The notes below the pieces were generated by a model. It was not told where the DNA came from, made no database searches, and saw nothing but the letters and a program-made list of their open reading frames with translations. Shown piece by piece: positions 1-14,052 of a stretch of 64,000 nucleotides of DNA; positions within the stretch are counted from its first letter, which is position 1, and every line of letters starts with the position of its first letter. This DNA is from Camelus ferus (taxonomy: Eukaryota). Position numbers and translations under genes: made by a program. Location: positions 51,152,001 to 51,216,000 of the forward strand of contig NC_045697.1 of the NCBI RefSeq assembly GCF_009834535.1, read 5' to 3'.

Positions 1-70
1 CCTTTTTATAAGGACACCAGTCATGTTGGATTAGGGTCCATACCACTGATCTCCTCTTAACTTGGTTAAG
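1..70 (-). mobile_element. MaLR (MLT1-type) LTR fragment, cut by window edge
   Basis: 'ttataaggacaccagtcatgttggattagggtcca...ctcttaactt' resembles the recalled MLT1B/C/D LTR motif. Confidence 0.65.
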
Positions 71-294
71 TCAGCCCCAGACTAAGCCTCCAAGCATCTC
101 CTACCACTCCCTCCTCACATGCCCCACTCCAGCCAGACAGTCACTTTGCTGTTCTTAAAAATGACCAAGCATATTCCCACCTCCAGCCCTTTAGATTTGC
201 TCCTTTCTCTTCTTTCAGAGATTCACAAGGCTTGCTCCCTCACAGGACATTTCTACTCAAGTCTCCTCCTGAGAAGTAAATCCTCCTGGACCAT

Positions 295-580
295 TGTCTT
301 ACTTTGGTTTCTCTCAAAACAGACTCTGAGATCAGGACTAGATGCACAGAATTTATCAGAAAGAGATCCCTGAAGGCAGAGTGAGGCAAACGGAAACTAA
401 GACAACCAAGAGATGCCCATGAAGGATGTGTTGACGGGTTGGTACGGCTGTGGGCAGCTGAGGCTCAGTCCCCCTGGAGACCTCTTGAGAGGCTGAGTGG
501 AGTACACTTCAGAATTGTCACCAACTCTGTCCCTCATTAAATGAAGATTGTTTCTGGGGACATCAGCCTCTATCCTGCCC
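295..580. mobile_element. Old ERVL/MaLR-type LTR remnant
   Basis: 'cagactctgagatcaggact...aatttatcagaaagagatccc' resembles ancient ERVL-class LTRs; subfamily not assigned. Confidence 0.45.
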
Positions 581-814
581 CTATGTACTGTCACAGCAGG
601 TACTTAAAGGTGTAGCACATAATAGGCTCCTGATAAACACTGAATAAATACATGGGATGTGTAGAATTTTTTGAGACACTGGATAGAATAAGAAGAGAAA
701 AGAGAACTAAAAAGATTTTTAAGCATGTTAATAATTTAAAAAAAATAAAACAAGATACAAACTAGTGTTAGAGTATGCTTCTGTTTGCTTAAAAAAAAAG
801 ATAGTTATGTATAA

Positions 815-1255
815 TATCATTTAGGGCACTATTCTTCAATAACAGAGAGACCTCAAAATACAGTGGCTTAATTAAAATACAAACTTTATTTCTCTGTAAA
901 GTAATATCCATATAAGCCATCTAGGACTGATAGAGTAGCCTTTCTTGACATGATGCCTCCCATCTCCGGACTCAAAGCAATTGTTTCACTCTCTCCAAAC
1001 TCCAGTTTAGTGGAAAACAGGGAAAGAGCTGGGGAAATAGGCTCATTCCCTTGAAAGACATCCAGAAAAGGCATATCTTGTCTTTTACTCATATCCTGTT
1101 GGCCAGAGTATAGTCACATGGACAAATCTAGTCCCAAGGAAGGATGGAAATGCAGTTATTAGCTAGTTGTGCCCAGCTAAACTTGATTGCCTATTATTAT
1201 TATAGGAAGAAGGGAGAGTGGGTACTGGTGCACAATTGGCAGCTTCTCACAAAGA
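815..1255 (-). mobile_element. Old MLT1 (H-L group) LTR remnant
   Basis: 'caaaatacagtggcttaa...tttatttctc', 'ttggccagagtatagtcacatggacaaatctag' typical of old MLT1 LTRs. Confidence 0.55.
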
Positions 1256-1551
1256 CAGATACGTTTACATGTGAGCAGGGTATTTCTGAAAGAATAATAA
1301 TTTCTAAGGTAATGGAATGGAATCCCAGAAGCTAGGTTAGAGACTAGCTCACTTGTTTGGTAAACCATTTTGCGTGATTTGGAATAATTACCATATATGT
1401 ATATTACCATAATGGAATTAAACATTTATTCTTATTACACTCAGATGTGTGATAAAAATATACCTTTATGTTTTCCATAAGCAGTTATAAGTTCATTCCC
1501 CACTGAGTAGTAGGAAATGGGATAAATTTTTAATTTTTGAATTATAGTATC

Positions 1552-1909
1552 TGTGTTAGCCAGCCCAGGCTGCCATGACAAAATACCATAGACTAGGTGG
1601 CTTAAAGAACATAAATCTGTTTTCTTACTGTTATGGAGGCTGGAGGTCCTAGATCAGGGTTCCAACATGGTCAGGTTGAAGAGAGCTCTCTTTCTGGCTT
1701 GCAGATGGTCATCTCTCTGTATTCTCACATGGCAGAGAGAGAGACAGAGAGAGAGGCACTAAGTGTACTAGTTCCATTATGAAGATGGAATGATCTTATC
1801 TAAACCAAATCACCCCCTAAAGGTCCTATTTGCAAATACAAGCACATTGAGGGTTAGAGCTTCAACAAATGAATTTTGTTGAAGGGGGGACACAATTCAG
1901 TCTATAGCA
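1552..1909 (-). mobile_element. Complete MLT1A-like solo LTR with 5-bp TSD
   Basis: TG...CA termini; 'ggctgccatgacaaaataccatagactaggtggctta' and 'gggggacacaattcagtctatagca'; flanked by GTATC at 1547-1551 and 1910-1914. Confidence 0.9.
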
Positions 1910-4900
1910 GTATCTCTAGCTCTCCTACTTTAAATAATCTGCTTCAGAACTCAGTCTTTTCTGTTTGGTTTGGTTTGGTTTGGTTTGATTTAAGTGGCTG
2001 TTCTTTCACGTTGCACCCACCCCCTCAGCACTTTTCCCTAAATGGCATCAAGCTGTATAAATGGAGAAGGTCCATGTGCCCTTGTGGCTTTCAGGAAAGT
2101 GGGAGGTCTGTAAATGTACTGCAGATGTGCACTGCCCCCTGAAGTGTGGTAAGAACCCAACTCTGGGCACTTTGCTGTCTGTTCCTGAGTCTATAGCTCA
2201 TGGAGAAGGAGGATCTGGAGTGTGAAGCATACCCTGTCTTGGCCCATGCACATTGCTCCAGCCATTTACTCTGTTAGGGCTGTCCCACATGGAGCAGGGC
2301 CTCCCTGCAGAGTGGCAGACGCCCAGCAGACCAGAGGATGGAGAAAAACCTCTCTGCTCTCAACACCCACTCACCAGAATGAATGCACCCATGCCCTCAA
2401 CTGATCTAACACATCTTCTTTCCAGGACTTCACCCTGGAGAGGGGAGGTCAGGGCATGCGTTTCATGACGCTTGGTATCTACTTCTCACCATCTCCTGGG
2501 GACAGAATAGGCAGATTTAGGCTTTCCACTTTCTTCAGATGCCCCTTCCACCCTGGAAGAACAAACAGCATCATCAGAGGCAGTACCATTTCAAAGCTTG
2601 GAAGAAACTATGATCAGAGTCCCTCAAATCTGGTTCTTGATATTAATGGGAATTAAGAATTTGGAAAAATCTTTTTTTTTCCCTCTAGATTTCAAAGCTA
2701 TTCTAAGAATTTTTCTTGGCTGAAAAAAAAAGTTCTACCACTCTATTTTGTTTTTATATATTATTTAAAATTTGCAATATTATACAATAGTAGAGAAAAT
2801 AATCAAATGTATGCATCACCCAGGTTCAGAAATTATCAACATTTTTTGATGTTGTTTCATATGTAACTCACCTTTTCCTTCTGAACTATTTTAAAACAAA
2901 TTCTAGAAGTCATTCTTTTCTTTCCCTTTACATTCTTTTCATGAGTCCAAATTTCACCAACTCCCAAAAGATAGCAGTTAGGTGCCTTAGGCTAACTAGG
3001 AAAAAATGTTTAAGCATGGAAATGAACAAGAAAAAGCTTCCCTGGAAAATTAAAGAATCACCAAATTAAAAGACACATGGTTCATATTGTTAAGTGTGTT
3101 GCATCAAAAATAATTTTCACTTCATTTTTAATAGTAAGCTCTATTTTATAATTATTTTCTCACTCTGGTTTAACAACTTTGACTTAAAAGTCTTTCATGT
3201 TTAAAACTTAATCATCCTTTCAGTGATCAATTTATAATTGACTCACAGTTAAAAGTATTTGAAAATTTAACTTTTCCTTTTGGATTTTCTCATTTGAATG
3301 AATAATGCAGGTTATGTTACGACATTAGGTAAAGGAAAGTCAGGATTGAAATTGTATGTGTTCTGTGAGTATAATTATGTAAAAAGTAAATACATGTGAG
3401 GAGAGAGTGTAAACTAGAAAACAAAATAGTGATGTGATTATATTTCTAGAACAGTATCAGAATTTTTCTCCCATTGAAGTTTCCAGATATTCTATGATGT
3501 AGTTATACCATTTCTATAGAAGAAAATTATTTTTTTAAATAGAAAAAAATATATATCCTAAGGACCATTTTTATGTAATTTCCTAATCTTTGTTTCTAGT
3601 GTCTCACCAAATTACATATTATTTCTAACATTTACCCAGTTACACAGTGTATACCAAGAGCTCGAGATGGCTTCTTACAACAAAGTTAAAGCAATCTTGT
3701 TTCTATTAAACACACTCCATGAAAATTTTCAAAATATAAATGATGCAAATATATTTTGACAGGGAGATCAAACACTTTAGAATACTTAAATCTTTTATTT
3801 GCTCTTTGAGGTATGTGGGAAGGCTTTGTAACATTATTCAAATGGTGAGAAATTTCTGTTGAGTATACAAAGGGGACTGTACTGGGAGTGAGGGAGCCTG
3901 AGTTCTAATCTCTGCTCTGTTCTAAATTGCTCTGTAATTTGGTTTGCAGATCTAACCTATCTGCTCCTCGGTCATCATCTGTAAAACCCGAAGATTCCCA
4001 ACCTCTCTCACATCACAGTGCTGGGCAACAGACAAAGTTAGAGTGCATTAATGTTATTTTAATATTTTTTGTTGTGAATCACAATCCAAAGGCAACTGAA
4101 ATGATAATCATGGCACGTGTCTGATTAGCAACAATACTAAACAGGCCTAATTCAATTCTACAAGCTAAATGGAAATCAGAGTTTGAGAGAAAAAAACAAA
4201 TTTAGCAATGAAATGATAAGAAGAAAATAAGCTGAAAAATACTACAGAGTACTCAAAAGAAAGGCATGGACCTTTTCAGAAACATTAACATTAATTAACC
4301 AAAAAGCTTTATATTAGTTACCTATTAGTAAATTATGTTTGCCCAGATGTCTGTCCCTCTACTAAGTTGATGCTCCAAATGGTGGTTTAAATTGGTGTGC
4401 CCTGCTAGCTTCTTTCAGCAATACAGGCACATGTAGCCTTTTGGTTCATGGATGACAGTCCTGTTTGCAAAGCTCTTCGGCTTATTTCAGGTGCTCAGAT
4501 CACATTTGTGGAACAGAACTGACTTCATTACACAGGTCTTTGACTGCCACTTAGTATATAGGCTTGTGCAAAGAAACCCAGTTTCAGTAGGAGCCAGGGT
4601 AGCAGGAGAATTACTGCTGCTTCTTGAAGACAATTATTTAAATATCTAATGCATTTCAAGTAGTACGTGAATTATAAGGCTAGAAATTTACAAGTAACAC
4701 ATTCATATAAAAGAAAAATTAATACTATAAAAATGTTTTTCTTTCACTTCTAGGAATCAAAAACCTCTCCAGGTGAGCATAACTCATATATTTATGACAT
4801 AAAAAATCTTATTTTCCTAATTCTTAGATGTCTTAGAAAGAACTTAAAGGTAAAGATATTACACATCTAAAAAGAGTGTTTTGCAGTGCCTTTGTACACT

Positions 4901-5139
4901 ATTAAGCAACTTGAATTATTTTGTCAGCCAGCTAATATTTTAACCACCTTTAGCTTCCTTGGTGTTCATCCAAATATTTGTTTTTTCATGCAACTTTCAC
5001 TCCATGGCCATGGTAACTTTTAAACATTAAGTTCTTCTACCTTTGGACTTCAGGGCATAAATAGATGACAGGCATTTCTACAGTGTTTTATGTGAAAGGG
5101 CAAATATTCCATACTGGTTGGGTGTGTGTAATTATAATA

Positions 5140-5345
5140 AAAAAGCTAGCATTTACTGAGTACCCATCATGTGTGAAGCACTGACTTTTATAGGTGTTAT
5201 TTCACTTAATTCTCACAGCAAATAAGGAAATTGAGGCTTGGAGAAGTTAGGTAACTTGGCCAAAGTCATAGACCTGTTAGTAAGTTAACCAGAATTTAAA
5301 CCCAGATTTGACTTAAGCACCTGGCTCTTATCACTTACCATGCTG
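5140..5345 (-). mobile_element. MIR SINE
   Basis: MIR core reverse: 'aaggaaattgaggcttggagaagttaggtaacttggccaaagtcata'. Confidence 0.8.
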
Positions 5346-7089
5346 TTAGTTCACTAAAACTTGCAGCAAATGCAGTGTTTCAAGTATGTAATGTATACTG
5401 AGAAAGACCTAAATAGTAAAACCTTTCCAACTCTTCTATATATAATCTTTATTTTACCTGTACCTAGAAATATAACAAAAGAAGGAAGAGGAGGAGGAGG
5501 AAAGAAAAGGGAGGGGAGGATACAATTTTAAAATTTTTCTTCACTGGAAAATAAAAGTCAAATTCCAAAAGTAGATTATTTGAATAAAATTTGTTGGTTC
5601 TTAAATGATTATTTCTCAGCTCCAAACTCTATTCTTCTTTTCTGTATTTTGTAAAGCTGGGACTACGATTCTGAAAATTGCCTTTCTCTTTTGTCAGCTA
5701 ATTCCTGTTAAAATCTGCCAAAGGAAGTTCAGAAGGAAATTAGAAGGAAGAAGGAGGTATAATATATATAAGACAGAAAGAATGTGGATAAGAGCAGAAG
5801 TTGATGGAACAGGAAAGATGCAATGGAGAAATTCATTAAATGCAAACATGGTTCTTTTAAAATATGAACAAAATTTCCAAATCTCTGGCACAATCACTCA
5901 AATAAAAGAGAGAGAAAGCAAATGTCAAGTCATTATGTGGTATATCTAAAACTAACATAATATTGTATGTCAACTATATTTCAATTAAAGACAGAGGGAG
6001 CACAAAAAATTGAATTGAAAAAGAACACATAAACAAAGTTACAATAGAGATTAAAATAATAATAACCATGGAAATTTCTGCCTTCAGGCATGACAGACCA
6101 GATGATTTAGCTCTTAATCAACAAAAACTCTAATGCTAATGGAAAAATGGACAAAGGGAAAATATGAGATTATCAGAACATATGATAGAAAACTTCAAAC
6201 ACACACAAAATAGAAGATAGCATAATGAATCTAGGAGGAAGCTGAGACCCAGACAACTGAGGAGGGGTAGCACTATAGCTGCTCATATTTCTGAAGCAGC
6301 ACAGTAAGGCTATTTCTGGGAATATATAAAGAAGTGAAAACTGGAACCAACTGCTGTTGTTGGGGTAAAAGGCCATTGCTATAGCAAAGCTGACATGAAT
6401 AGCCAGCTAACAGGAAGAAGCAAACGAAAATTATAAAATATCAAAAATATATCAGTAATAGTGGTAGAGACAGCATGTGACATTTGTATATAACAGTGTA
6501 TAAACTTTCTAAATGCAATGTGGCAGTATTTAATAAGAACCATAAAAATGTTCATACCATTTGACATGGTAATCCATACTTTGTAGTTTATCTAAAGACA
6601 GGATTCTGAGATGTGCCCCCAAATTTATGTTCACGGTGGTTAAAGACAGTATTAAAACTTAACTACATAAACAAACATGTCCTATGCAGATAGTGTCTTT
6701 TTATCAGAGTCACTTGAATATTTGCATAAGTAAATCACACCAACAAAGAATGTCTTTGCCCAGCTTCTAATTAAGCAATTCCCAAAACACTAAAATTCCC
6801 TGCCCACCCCCCAAAATCAGTCAAATAAAATAGTATCACAATAGTCATTCCAAATGCAAGATGATAAAAAATAGTTCCAGAGACTGATCCAACAATTTTG
6901 TGAAATGCAAATTGCTGATATCCATTTAAGCAACCTAATATAGCATAATCAAGATTTAAGAAGGTGAAATTGGAAAAGAAGTAAGAAAATTCATAGTCAC
7001 ATAATCAACTATAGATCTCAGACTAAAGATTTAAAGATTAAATAAATATGGGAAAAAAGAGAAACTAATTAAACCTGACCAAGGAGTCT

Positions 7090-7340
7090 GCCTAAATCGC
7101 CTCCTCCAGGAAGCCTTCCCAGACGACCTATAATCTAAGGTAGACACCTCGTCTGTGAGCTCCCATTGCCCTTGTGTTTCCCCCTAATTAATCATGCTTA
7201 CAGTACTCCATAGAGTGATTGTTTACTTATTTCTCTTATCCCCTATCTGATGGTGAGACCTTGAGATTGAACAGTCTTTATTTCTGTGCTGTAAAACTTG
7301 CCGAAAGAAGAATTCAATAAATATTGATTGAATGAACTGA
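7090..7340 (+). mobile_element. L2 LINE 3' end
   Basis: 'cctcctccaggaagccttccc' ... 'ttcaataaatattgattgaatgaa', typical L2 tail. Confidence 0.7.
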
Positions 7341-7489
7341 GGATGGAAAAGTAGGGAGAGAGAATATTCTTTCATGAAAAGGGGACTGGTTTATAGAAAT
7401 GATAGCAAAGTTTAGTGATAAAGTCATATTTCTTTTAATAAAAGAAAATTATGAATAGCTAGGTTTCCCAGTGTATGAACAAGTTATGG

Positions 7490-7933
7490 CCTATTAAGGC
7501 TGAGTTTTCTTCCACTTGCTTCTGCAGATCTACACTACCTCCTCCACCCTGATCTATGTCACAGGAGACTGACCTGCATGGACTACATCAACTGAATCAT
7601 TTGCCCCTGGTGGCAGATTGGGGTTGGTAGGAGAATGAGTGAGGACATTAATTTCCCAGGCTCCCTGCCTGCTGGTCACCATGAATGGGCTGCATCTCTC
7701 TGTGGAGGGCTTCAGCCCTGGTCAAGCAGGTTTCTCCTGATAGCTACCCTCTCTGGGTCCCGATATCTGCTAGCTTCATGAAGCCTAGGAGGAGTACTGC
7801 CTCCCAACTCATTTGGTTAACCCTGGTTTAGTTTCCTTTTCTAAACTTTGTCCACACCTTTGTAAGCAGTCTTACTCTTAGGTTTCCTACTTTGAGGTGC
7901 CTTCTGATTCTTGCCAGGACCCTGACTATTCAA
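7490..7933 (+). mobile_element. ERVL-class LTR (LTR33/LTR16-like)
   Basis: 'gactgacctgcatggactacatca' and the end 'tgccaggaccctgactattca' resemble recalled ERVL LTRs. Confidence 0.55.
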
Positions 7934-9949
7934 AAGCCTTAGTTCACAGTTCTCCACAAAATCTCAAAAAATGGACACATTTTATGGTTGACATTAGGTC
8001 CTCTAATGGGATTGAGAGCTTCTTTTAATCCAAACATATAATGATAAATATCAAGAGGATCTTTCAGGCAGTGTTAATTAGCAGAGGAGTGTTAAGAGAT
8101 TTCCTGTGGGCAATGGTTAATGAATTTGGAAATTACTAACATAAACTATGGTTAGAAAATAGCAGAAAACAACCTATCAATTGTAATTCAGGAAAATGAT
8201 CATTATATACTCTCAGTGCTTAGAACAGCACCTTGTATTTAAGAAGTAAGAAAGCATTTATTGGATGAATTAATCAGGGAGAACACTGAAACAAAACAGA
8301 AAATGTTGCCTTACACTTGCATAAAGAAGATTCCACACTGGAAATATTAAGTGGCATTCTGGTAATTACCTAGCAATGAAAACATAACAGACCTGAAAAT
8401 GGGCCCAGAAAATAGTAATTATTCAAACAAAAATGATTGATGTGTAAATAGACTAAAATGACTGGAGTTGTTATGATAGCAACAGATACCATTCGTTAGA
8501 CACCTATACTCTGTTAGGTATTTCACGTGTTAGCTTCAATCCTCACATTCCTGCCCAGTGGAGGTGGTCAATGACAGCTTCCAGAAGGTAGTAGCTGCGT
8601 TGATTCAGAAAAGTGGGGCAGAAACCATCCATGAAGATGAAAGGGCAAAGAAGGTTCTAGGTAGAATGCTATCATGCACAGAATCACAGAGACAAAGAGG
8701 GCAGATGCATTTCAGGAACTTCAGATGTTTCAGTCATGAAGAAAGGCTGAAGATTGGAGACAAAGTGGGATTTTTATCCTGAAGACCACGAGAAGCCATA
8801 ATTTCTACACAGAAATGTCATTATCTAATATTTGTTTTAGGCATGCGTATGGAGCAACAGTGAAAAGACTGTTATGAGGATTAATAAATTATAAAGGTGT
8901 ACTATATTAATCAGTACTATAATAGTCAGTGCACTATAAAGCACTAGTCCAGACAATAGTTATTTTTCTCAGGTTGTTGCTATTCTACTTTCTGCCCCTC
9001 TGCCCTATTGTACTGCCTTACTTTCTCAATCCCACCTATGGCTCTGTGCCCGGTTAACCATTCAGTCTGTTAGGCAGTCTCCCAGTGGCACTCAGACCTA
9101 CCACAGTCTTCTGAAGTTGCATGTGCTTTATCTGACATACTGCTCTATAGCACTCACTGGGACTAGAGTGCCACCTCGTGTTGCATCGCTGACTATTCAG
9201 AATCCCCAGCATACTTTTCGCTTGAGCTACTTGTGGATGAGGCCACTGAAGTTTTCTTCCGGGAGTAATTTGGAAAAGAAAATTGCAGCAAATATTTTCC
9301 TAAATATAACAGAAAAAGAGCCCAAGACCTTTTCAATACAGTAATCGTGCTAATGCCTGAATTTAGTAGATTGGTCACTACAGCTGGAAAAAAGTGCTTA
9401 ACTTACGTCCTCTGAACTCCTGTTATATAATTTTTTTTAAAGATTTACGGTTTTTAAAAATTTATGTTTTAAAATACACCTGAAATTATGATCTAAGAGA
9501 TGAAATAGATCAAGTAGAAACCTACCCTGATCTCTCTTCTAGAGGCCCATATTCAGTAATAAGTTTTGAGAAGGGATTCCAAGAGGTTGTTTGAAAGTAC
9601 ATTCCTTGATGTCTGCAAAGGAGGCTACAAGCCTTTACAGGCAGACCAACAATTTAAACTATTTTAAAAGAATTATTAGAGAAAGAAATTTTCTTAAATT
9701 CCTGGATAAGGACCACGCATAGATTCTTTCTGCCTCCTCCTCCCCACAGTTCTCCACAGGCAGTTTTACTTTACTTTTCTCTTCTGGAAAAAAATGAGCT
9801 CCCATTTTTTTCTCATATTTGTAGAAAAATGAGCTCTAAATTCCTGGGAATTTATTGCTATTTTCTTAAACAGAGTGTAAACCAATATACTGTCACTGTA
9901 TACACATGGTAAACATGTCATGCAGATTGACATTTTGTCCGGGAAAATA

Positions 9950-10155
9950 AAGCCTATCTTTACTGAGCACTTTTTATATATTAACTCATTTAATCCTCAC
10001 AAAAATCTACCAATGTATTATTGTTCCCATTTTAAGACTGGAAACTAAAGCTTGGAGAGGATTATACAAGTTTCCACATCTGGAGGTGGTACAGTCATTT
10101 CAAATCCAGGTCTCTCTTGACTCTAAATCCTTATGCCCATAACCATTATGCTTTA
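9950..10155 (-). mobile_element. MIR SINE
   Basis: 'ttaactcatttaatcctcacaa...ttcccattttaagactggaaactaaagct'. Confidence 0.75.
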
Positions 10156-10284
10156 TCGCCTCTAATCATAAAACTCCAAATTATAAAGATATACTAGTAC
10201 CAACTACCTCTTAAATACAACCCAAGATAAACAAATTACATGTACATGTCAAAACTGATTTGGAAATAAGATGATCATTCAGAA

Positions 10285-11695
10285 CTTACGGCAAAGCTTC
10301 AGTAATCAGGACAATGTGGTATTGGCATAAGGGTAAACATATAAATTAATATAATAGAATTAAGACTCTAGAAATGAACCCATACATCTATGGTCAACAG
10401 ATTTTAGGTAAGGATGCCAAGACCACTAATGGGGAAAGAATAATCTTATAAACAAATAGTGCTGGGACAAATGACTAGCCAAATGCAAAACAATGAAGTG
10501 GGACCCTTACCTCACAACAAATACAAAAATTAACTCAAAATATATCAAAGACCTAAATGTGAGAGAAAAACTATTAAACTTTTAGAAGGATATAGTCAGA
10601 AATCTTCATGACCTTGGATTAGGCAATGATTATTTCAACATGAAACCCAAAGCACAAGCTACAAAAGTAAAAATAGACAAATTGGACTTCATCAGGATAA
10701 AAACTCTTGTGCTCCAATGGACATCATCAGGAAAGTAAAGTCAGTCCATAGAATGAAGTAAATTTTTTGTAAATCATATATCTGACTTGTATCTAGAATA
10801 TAAAAGGAACCATTACAACTCAATAATAACATAAATTTCCGAATTCAAAAATCAGCAATCTGAATAGATGGTTCTCTAAAAAAGATATACAAATGGTCAA
10901 TAAGCATATGAAAACTGCTCAATATTATCAGCCATCAGGGAAATGCAAATCAAAACCATAATCAGATGCCATTTCACACCCAGCAGGGTGATTATAATAA
11001 AAAAAAGACAGACAATAATGAGTTTTAGCAAGAATGCAGAAAAATTAGAACTTTTATGCATTGCTGGTAGGGCTGTAAAATGGTGCTGTCACTTTGGAAG
11101 ACAGTCTGAAAGCTCCTCAGGTGGTTAAACATAAAGCTGCTACATGATCCAGTCATTCCATTCCTAGGTATATACCCAAGGGAAATGAAAACATACCCAC
11201 ACAAAAATGTGCACATAAATGTTCACAGCACCATTATTCATAATAGCCAAAAAGTGGAAAAACTCAAAGGTCCATTATTAATGAATGGATAAACAAAATG
11301 TGGTATATTCATACAACAATTATTCAGTCATTAAAAAAAGATGAAGTAATGATCCATGCCACAACATGAGTGAACCCTGAAAACATTATGCTCAGTGGGA
11401 AAAACAGTCACAAAGTACCATATATTGCATGCTTCAATTTATGTGAATTGTCAAGAATGGACAAATTGATAGAGACAGAAAATAAATTAACAGTTGCCTA
11501 GGCCTGGGGAAGATGAGGAGATTGAGGGGTGATCACTAGGGAACGTTGGGGTTTTGTCAGGGCAAGGAAATGTTCTAAAAATTGATGGTGGTGATGGATG
11601 CATGATTCTATGAATATACAAGTCCTTGAACTGTACACCTTAAATAAGTGAACTGTATAGCATGTGAATTATATCTCAAAAGAAACCATAAAAAA
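10285..11695 (+). mobile_element. L1 (L1M-type) ORF2 C-terminal part and 3' UTR, 5'-truncated, decayed
   Basis: ORF 10943-11128 'MQIKTIIRCHFTPSRV' is an L1 ORF2 C-terminal motif; typical 3' UTR ending 'gtgaattatatctcaa'. Confidence 0.92.
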
Positions 11696-12417
11696 TGCTA
11701 GTTGTATGTGATGGTCATTGAGGAATATTTTGGCTTGAACACAGGAACCAGAGAATCACGTGCTAGTCTGAGAGAATGTCATGAGTCAGATGTAAATGTG
11801 AAAAACTGAGTCTCTTAAGCCTCATGTAGCTGCCCTTCAGAAACGTATTAAAGATATTATTGGTTTCAAAAAACAAGAGAGTTAATGAACAAGCAACGGA
11901 AAGATACATAAAGTAGTGAAACTCCTGCAAAAGTTACCTTGATGATACTGAAGATACAAGGTCATGTTCGTAAGTCACTGATCCATTGTCATAGACATTC
12001 AGAGCTTACTTTCAGGTTTCCTTTGTTATGGAAGCAAAGGAAAAAAACATTCAATATTCTTGTGCTGTAAATAAAGTATTAGTAAGCCTGGAGATTTTTC
12101 AGCTTCTTTTATCAATCTTAAAATGACAACAAATAGAGTCAAGAAATTGTATTACTTCAGGATAAATTCTGTTCTTGAACTAATATTTAGAAATTATGAA
12201 TTGCTAAGAAATATTGCCATTTAGGGTAGACATGTAATACCTTAATAACGTACAATTGCTTTTGAAAAATTCATTTTTACTTGGAAGAGGCATTCAAGGA
12301 TTCAAGGCAGAACTTTAAAGGAATATTCTAAGTAACTATATAGGTCAATTTCTTTAATCTAAATTCTGTATTTTGTTATTTAAAAAATTGCTTTATATAC
12401 ATTTATAATATATAGTA

Positions 12418-12813
12418 TAATTATCAGAGAAATGCAAGTCAAAACTACAATGAGGTATCACCTCACACCAGTCAGAATGGCCATAATTAAAAAGTCCACA
12501 AACGACAAGTGCTGGAGAGGGTGTGGAAAAAGGGAACCTTCCTACACTGTTGGTGGGAATGTAGTTTGGTGCAGCCATTATAGAAAAAAGTATGCAGAGT
12601 CCTCAAAAGACTACAAATAGACTTACCATACGATCCAGCAATCCCACTCCTAGGCATATATCCAGAGGGAACCTTAATTCAAAAAGATCCATGCACCCCA
12701 GTGTTCATAGCAGCACTATTTACAATAGCCAAGACACGGAAACAACCTTAATGTCCATCACCAGATGACTAGATAAAAAGTTGCAGTATGTTTATACAAT
12801 GGAATACTACTCA
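12418..12813 (+). mobile_element. Younger L1 ORF2 3' fragment, truncated at both ends
   Basis: ORF 12432-12620 '[32 protein letters not shown]'; closely similar to the reverse complement of 30760-31146. Confidence 0.92.
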
Positions 12814-12958
12814 ATCTCATCTGTGGATGACAAGTCATAGGCTAGAGAGGGAAAATAATTTCCTTAGAGTTACATAACTAACTTAGTTATAAGTCCTTCC
12901 ATGCCCTGACCCATGACATGCTTATTTAGTCCTAATAAAGTAATAATCCTTGAAAAAA

Positions 12959-13257
12959 TTTTTTTTTCAGAGCTTTGGGGGAATTTATTGAGAGCAGCTT
13001 TGTGTACCAAGACGATGCTAAGCTTTTTCCCATCACTGGCAGGTGTCACAGCAGGTGGCCCTTGATTGCTACTAGTTGATAAGCCAGACTGCTATGACCA
13101 CAATAGCCATGAGCAGCAATAAGATCACCATTATCATCCCACAAGATGTGGACTTTCTATCCACCAGATTCACACATCTGGTTTCAGCGCAAACTTTCTC
13201 ATCGGCAAGATCATCAATTATCTCATTTTGTTTGTCCAGCTCATTTCCAATTTCCCA
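12959..13257 (-). pseudogene. STX8: 5'-truncated processed pseudogene of syntaxin-8 (end of SNARE motif, TM anchor, 3' UTR, poly-A remnant)
   Basis: Translation EIGNELDKQNEIIDDLA-DEKVCAETRCVNLVDRKSTSCGMIMVILLLLMAIVVIAVWLIN* matches the recalled STX8 C-terminus (EIGNELDEQNEIIDDLANLVENTDEKLR..RKSASCGMIMVILLLLVAIVVVAVWPTN*); stop 13072-13074; AATAAA on minus strand at 12984-12989; A-tract at 12959-12967; no intron. Confidence 0.9.
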
Positions 13258-13789
13258 ACTGAGGGTCAAATCTCTGATAAAGAGTCTCCTCTCTCCCCAT
13301 AGTAGAATTCAGCTTTTTGTTTACATGAGCAATCTGCAAATGAAAAAGAAGTCGCTGGGTAGATAAACTTAGCTACGAATTTGCTCCAAAGAAAAACATG
13401 TCTAGAGTAACTATTTTCAACCAGCAAATTCAAGTTATGTTACTACTGATGAAGATCATTTATATCCAACAGTGCTTAAATAGATGAGAAATTATTTCTA
13501 TTTTTTTTTTTTGGAAACACCACAAATAAGCTCTTGGTTTGCTATTTTAATGATAGATTTAAGAAAATTATGGATAAAATGTTGATAATGCAGATTAAAC
13601 TTAAAAATGTATCATGCCATACCACATTGTGAGTAGCACAAAAAAACTGGAGAAATTGTCTTTCAGTATTTGAAAAGTGTTATCTGATTCAGCAAAGAAG
13701 TCACACAGATGACTAGCAAACAAGTGAAGTTCTGACATTAATTCTAAGGGTTTTTTCCCATCTTACTTGTAAAGATAAATTAACATATC

Positions 13790-14052
13790 AACCAACATCA
13801 TGTTGGAACAACACTTGTTCATTGATTGCAACCACGGGGAAGCTATAAATATAAGCATTTGGTAAAAATCAGTGAAAGGATTCTGTGAGAATCAATTGGC
13901 TATATGAAACTCACAATAAAGAGTATTATATATATTATTATTATTTGTGAATTGTGTACTACACATTCTTTATATCAATAAACTTTATAAGAAATATATG
14001 TGTGTGTACTTTTTCCAAAAAGCTGATTGTTAAACATTTACCAGCAAACAGT
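13790..14052. mobile_element. hAT DNA transposon remnant, MER63/Blackjack-like
   Basis: End 'agctgattgttaaacatttaccagcaaacag' resembles the recalled MER63 terminus. Confidence 0.55.
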
